This document shows positions 61,210 through 64,000 of a stretch of DNA of 64,000 nt, in pieces; the stretch's first letter is position 1; the number at the start of each line of letters is the position of its first letter. The position numbers were made by a program, and so were the translations under genes. This DNA comes from Vulcanimicrobiota bacterium. Its GTDB lineage: Bacteria > Vulcanimicrobiota > Vulcanimicrobiia > Vulcanimicrobiales > Vulcanimicrobiaceae. The notes below the pieces were generated by a model. The model did not search any database. It saw only the letters and a list, made by a program, of their open reading frames with translations, and was not told the origin of the DNA. The stretch covers positions 261,967 through 325,966 of the forward strand of contig CAWGBN010000009.1 in assembly GCA_963820825.1 (NCBI GenBank), in the 5' to 3' direction.

Positions 61210-62793
61210 ATGGCTTTGCTGGAATCGCGCCTCGAACGATCGGAGAGTTTCGCTCGTCAACGCCGAGCGCATGGAAGGCATGGTCGCGGAGTTGCGCGGG
61301 CGCCTGGTTGCCGTTCGCGAAGGCGGCGGCGCCGAGGCGATCGCGAAACATCGCAAACGCAACAAGCTGACCGCGCGCGAGCGCATCGAACGCGCGATCG
61401 ACGCCGGGTCGGATTTTCTCGAGTTCTCGGCGCTGGCGGCCAACGGCATGTACGACGACCGCTTCGCCGTCGGCCGGAATGATCACCGGGATCGGCATCG
61501 TGGAAGGGCAGCACTGCGTCATCGTCGCCAACGACGCGACGGTCAAGGGCGGCACGTACTATCCGATGACCGTCAAGAAGCATCTGCGCGCGCAGGAGAT
61601 CGCCGAGCAGAATCATCTGCCGTGCATTTACCTGGTCGATTCCGGCGGCGCGTTCTTGCCGCTGCAAGCCGACGTGTTCCCCGACCGCGAGCACTTCGGA
61701 CGGATTTTCTACAATCAGGCGCGCATGTCGGGTAAGCGCATTCCGCAGATCGCGGCAGTCATGGGCTCGTGCACCGCCGGCGGCGCGTACGTTCCGGCCA
61801 TGAGCGACGAAACGGTGATCGTCAAGGGCAACGGAACGATCTTTCTCGGCGGACCGCCGCTTGTGAAGGCGGCGACCGGCGAGGAGGTGACCGCCGAAGA
61901 GCTCGGCGGCGGCGACGTGCACACGCGCATTTCGGGCGTCGCCGATCACCTCGCCAACGACGACGCGCACGCGCTCGCGATCGTCCGCGAGATCGTGGCG
62001 AATCTTCATCTCGAGCTGCCGCGCCAGTGGGACCGCGCCGAACCGCAGCCGCCGAAATACGACGCCGCGCGAAATCTACGGCATCATTCCGGCGGACAGC
62101 CGCGTCGGCTACGACGTGCGCGAAGTGATCGCGCGGCTGGTCGACGCGTCCGACTTCCACGAGTTCAAGCCGCGCTACGGCACGACGCTGGTCTGCGGAT
62201 TCGCGCGCATCGAAGGACATCCGATCGGCATCCTCGCCAACAACGGCATTCTCTTCAGCGAAAGCGCGCTCAAAGGCGCGCACTTCATCGAGCTCTGCGC
62301 GCAGCGCGGCACGCCGCTGCTCTTCCTGCAGAACATCACCGGCTTCATGGTCGGCAAGGAGTACGAAAACCGCGGCATCGCCAAAGACGGCGCGAAGCTG
62401 GTGACGGCGGTCGCGTGCGCCGAAGTGCCGAAGTTCACGGTCGTGATCGGCGGAAGTTTCGGCGCGGGCAACTACGGGATGTGCGGACGCGCCTACTCGC
62501 CGCGCCAGCTCTGGATGTGGCCCAACGCGCGCATCAGCGTGATGGGCGGCCCGCAGGCCGCGAGCGTGCTTTCGACGGTCAAGGGCGACCTGTCGCCGGA
62601 AGAAAAGGCCGAGTTCGAAGCACCGATTCTCGAGAAGTACGAACGCGAAGGCAATCCGTACTACTCGACCGCGCGGCTCTGGGACGACGGCATCATCGAT
62701 CCGCTCGACACGCGCCGCGTCATCGCGATCGGCCTCGACGCCGCCGCGCACGCGCCGCAGCCGCGCACGCACTTCGGCATCTTCCGAATGTAG
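61210..62793 (+). CDS. Methylcrotonoyl-CoA carboxylase beta subunit (carboxyltransferase), frameshifted
   Basis: [42 protein letters not shown] and [13 protein letters not shown]...FGIFRM. Confidence 0.88.
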
Positions 62794-62804
62794 CGCTGCG
62801 ACGC

Positions 62805-63880
62805 TTAGGGCGTGCCGATGAGCACTTGGAAGGGATAACCGACGCCGTCGGTGATCGTTGCTGTCGGCTTTGCACCGTTACGATCGTAAAACGGTTACGG
62901 TGCTGGCATCGGTATTTGCGACGTAAAGCTTATCCGATGGATCGACCGCGAGCGAGAGCGGAACGTCGATCCCGTCGGTGATCCGGCGTTGCGGTTTGGT
63001 CGCACCCGATCCGTAGACCGAGACCCAGCCGGGAGCGGGCGTCACCCTCACAACGGGCGCGTTACCCACGTAAAGCGTGCCCGTCGAATCCACGGCGAGC
63101 GAGGACGGATGGTCGATCCCATCCTTGATGACTCGGTCGGGAACGCTCTCTCCAGGATTGAAAACGACAACGGCGTCCGGCCGCGGAGGCTTGCTGTAAT
63201 AACAAGAGACGCAATCCGCGACGTAGAGGCGCCCGGATCGGTCTAGCAACAGAGTAAATGGATTGTGGAGTCCACGAGAGACCCGGCCGATGAGCTGCGG
63301 ATGTCCTCCCCGCTTCCGGGTTTATAAATGCTCACCGAGCGACCGTACGCATTTCCGGCGTAGAGATTACCGGCCCGGTCTGCGACAATCGAGCAAACGC
63401 TTCGGGCGCCGTGTCCGATCACTCTATAGAGTCCCTTACCGCCGCCGGGCTTGAAGACACCGATTCGGCTGCACCCGCCGGCATAAACGTAGTTGCTCCG
63501 ATCGAACGCAAAAGAGCCAATGTTTTCAATTCCTTCGTATGTCTTCTTTAAGCTCAAGGTACGCGCGTCGTATACCGTCATCGTCCCCCAACTCGGGTTT
63601 ACGTTCTGCGAAAAGAGATTGTCAACGGCGTCCAAGCCAATCGTACGGCTGAGGCCCAACGGTGCCGGAATCGAGCGAACTGGAATCGAGCTGCCCAATC
63701 GATATTGGGAGATGTACGAACCATTCACGTAAAGAAACGGGCCGCGCTCCCTCGCGGTGCCAACGAGGAGATTCGCGGAAACGCCGGGCTGAGGCGACCG
63801 TGTACTTGGCGGAAGCGACGCTGCGCAGCCGCTTCCGATCAACGCGAGCACTGGGACGACCGGGCAAATGCCCACGTCAT
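62805..63880 (-). CDS. Secreted NHL-repeat / beta-propeller protein, frameshifted (start approximate)
   Basis: Repeated LAVD..G.LYV.N...V.VY...P...I.DG units across frames; C-terminus [28 protein letters not shown]; signal/lipoprotein-like N-terminus. Confidence 0.65.
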
Positions 63881-64000
63881 TTTGCGGATCCGGTAACCTT
63901 GAAGTAGTTGGGCGTTTCGACCCATTTGCCGCCGGCATAGCGCAGGGTCGCACTCACTTTTGGTTTCGTCGGACAGCAGAGCGGCGCGTTGGCACTGTAA

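Overview
A 64 kb GC-rich bacterial chromosomal segment. The gene content (secreted phosphoesterase, NHL-repeat protein, DUF4097 proteins, Terrabacteria-like ribosomal synteny) suggests Vulcanimicrobiota/Eremiobacterota; this is inference. Most of it is housekeeping: msrAB-surE, rplU-prp, trmD-rplS-3x lepB-rbgA-rnhB-yraN, a ribose-type ABC importer, yifB, chdC/hemQ, panE-dut-nrdR, dprA-argS, pyrK-D-F-E, a SigW-like ECF locus with a two-component system, DUF1800/DUF1501 and a methylcrotonoyl-CoA carboxylase beta subunit. The main find is a biosynthetic cluster at about 5.5-14.8 kb. It has a DAHP synthase lacking its regulatory domain, set divergently from a FabF-like ketosynthase, an EPSP-synthase-like/CoA-ligase fusion, an acyl-CoA dehydrogenase, an enoyl-reductase SDR and a 2,4-dienoyl-CoA reductase. 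This is the gene set and order of the shikimate-to-cyclohexanecarboxyl-CoA cassette (ansJKL-chcA-ansM / plmJK-plmL-chcA-plmM / asuB1-B4), and here it may feed omega-cyclohexyl fatty acids. Other observations are a FolK-FolE2/MptA fusion, small ORFs missed by the ORF track, back-to-back SigW-type promoters, a symmetric bidirectional promoter, probable leaderless genes, and a dispersed short repeat with one copy inside pyrE. Single-base frameshifts occur sporadically and become dense after about 57.1 kb, most likely as assembly errors. No rRNA, tRNA, CRISPR array or transposase was seen.
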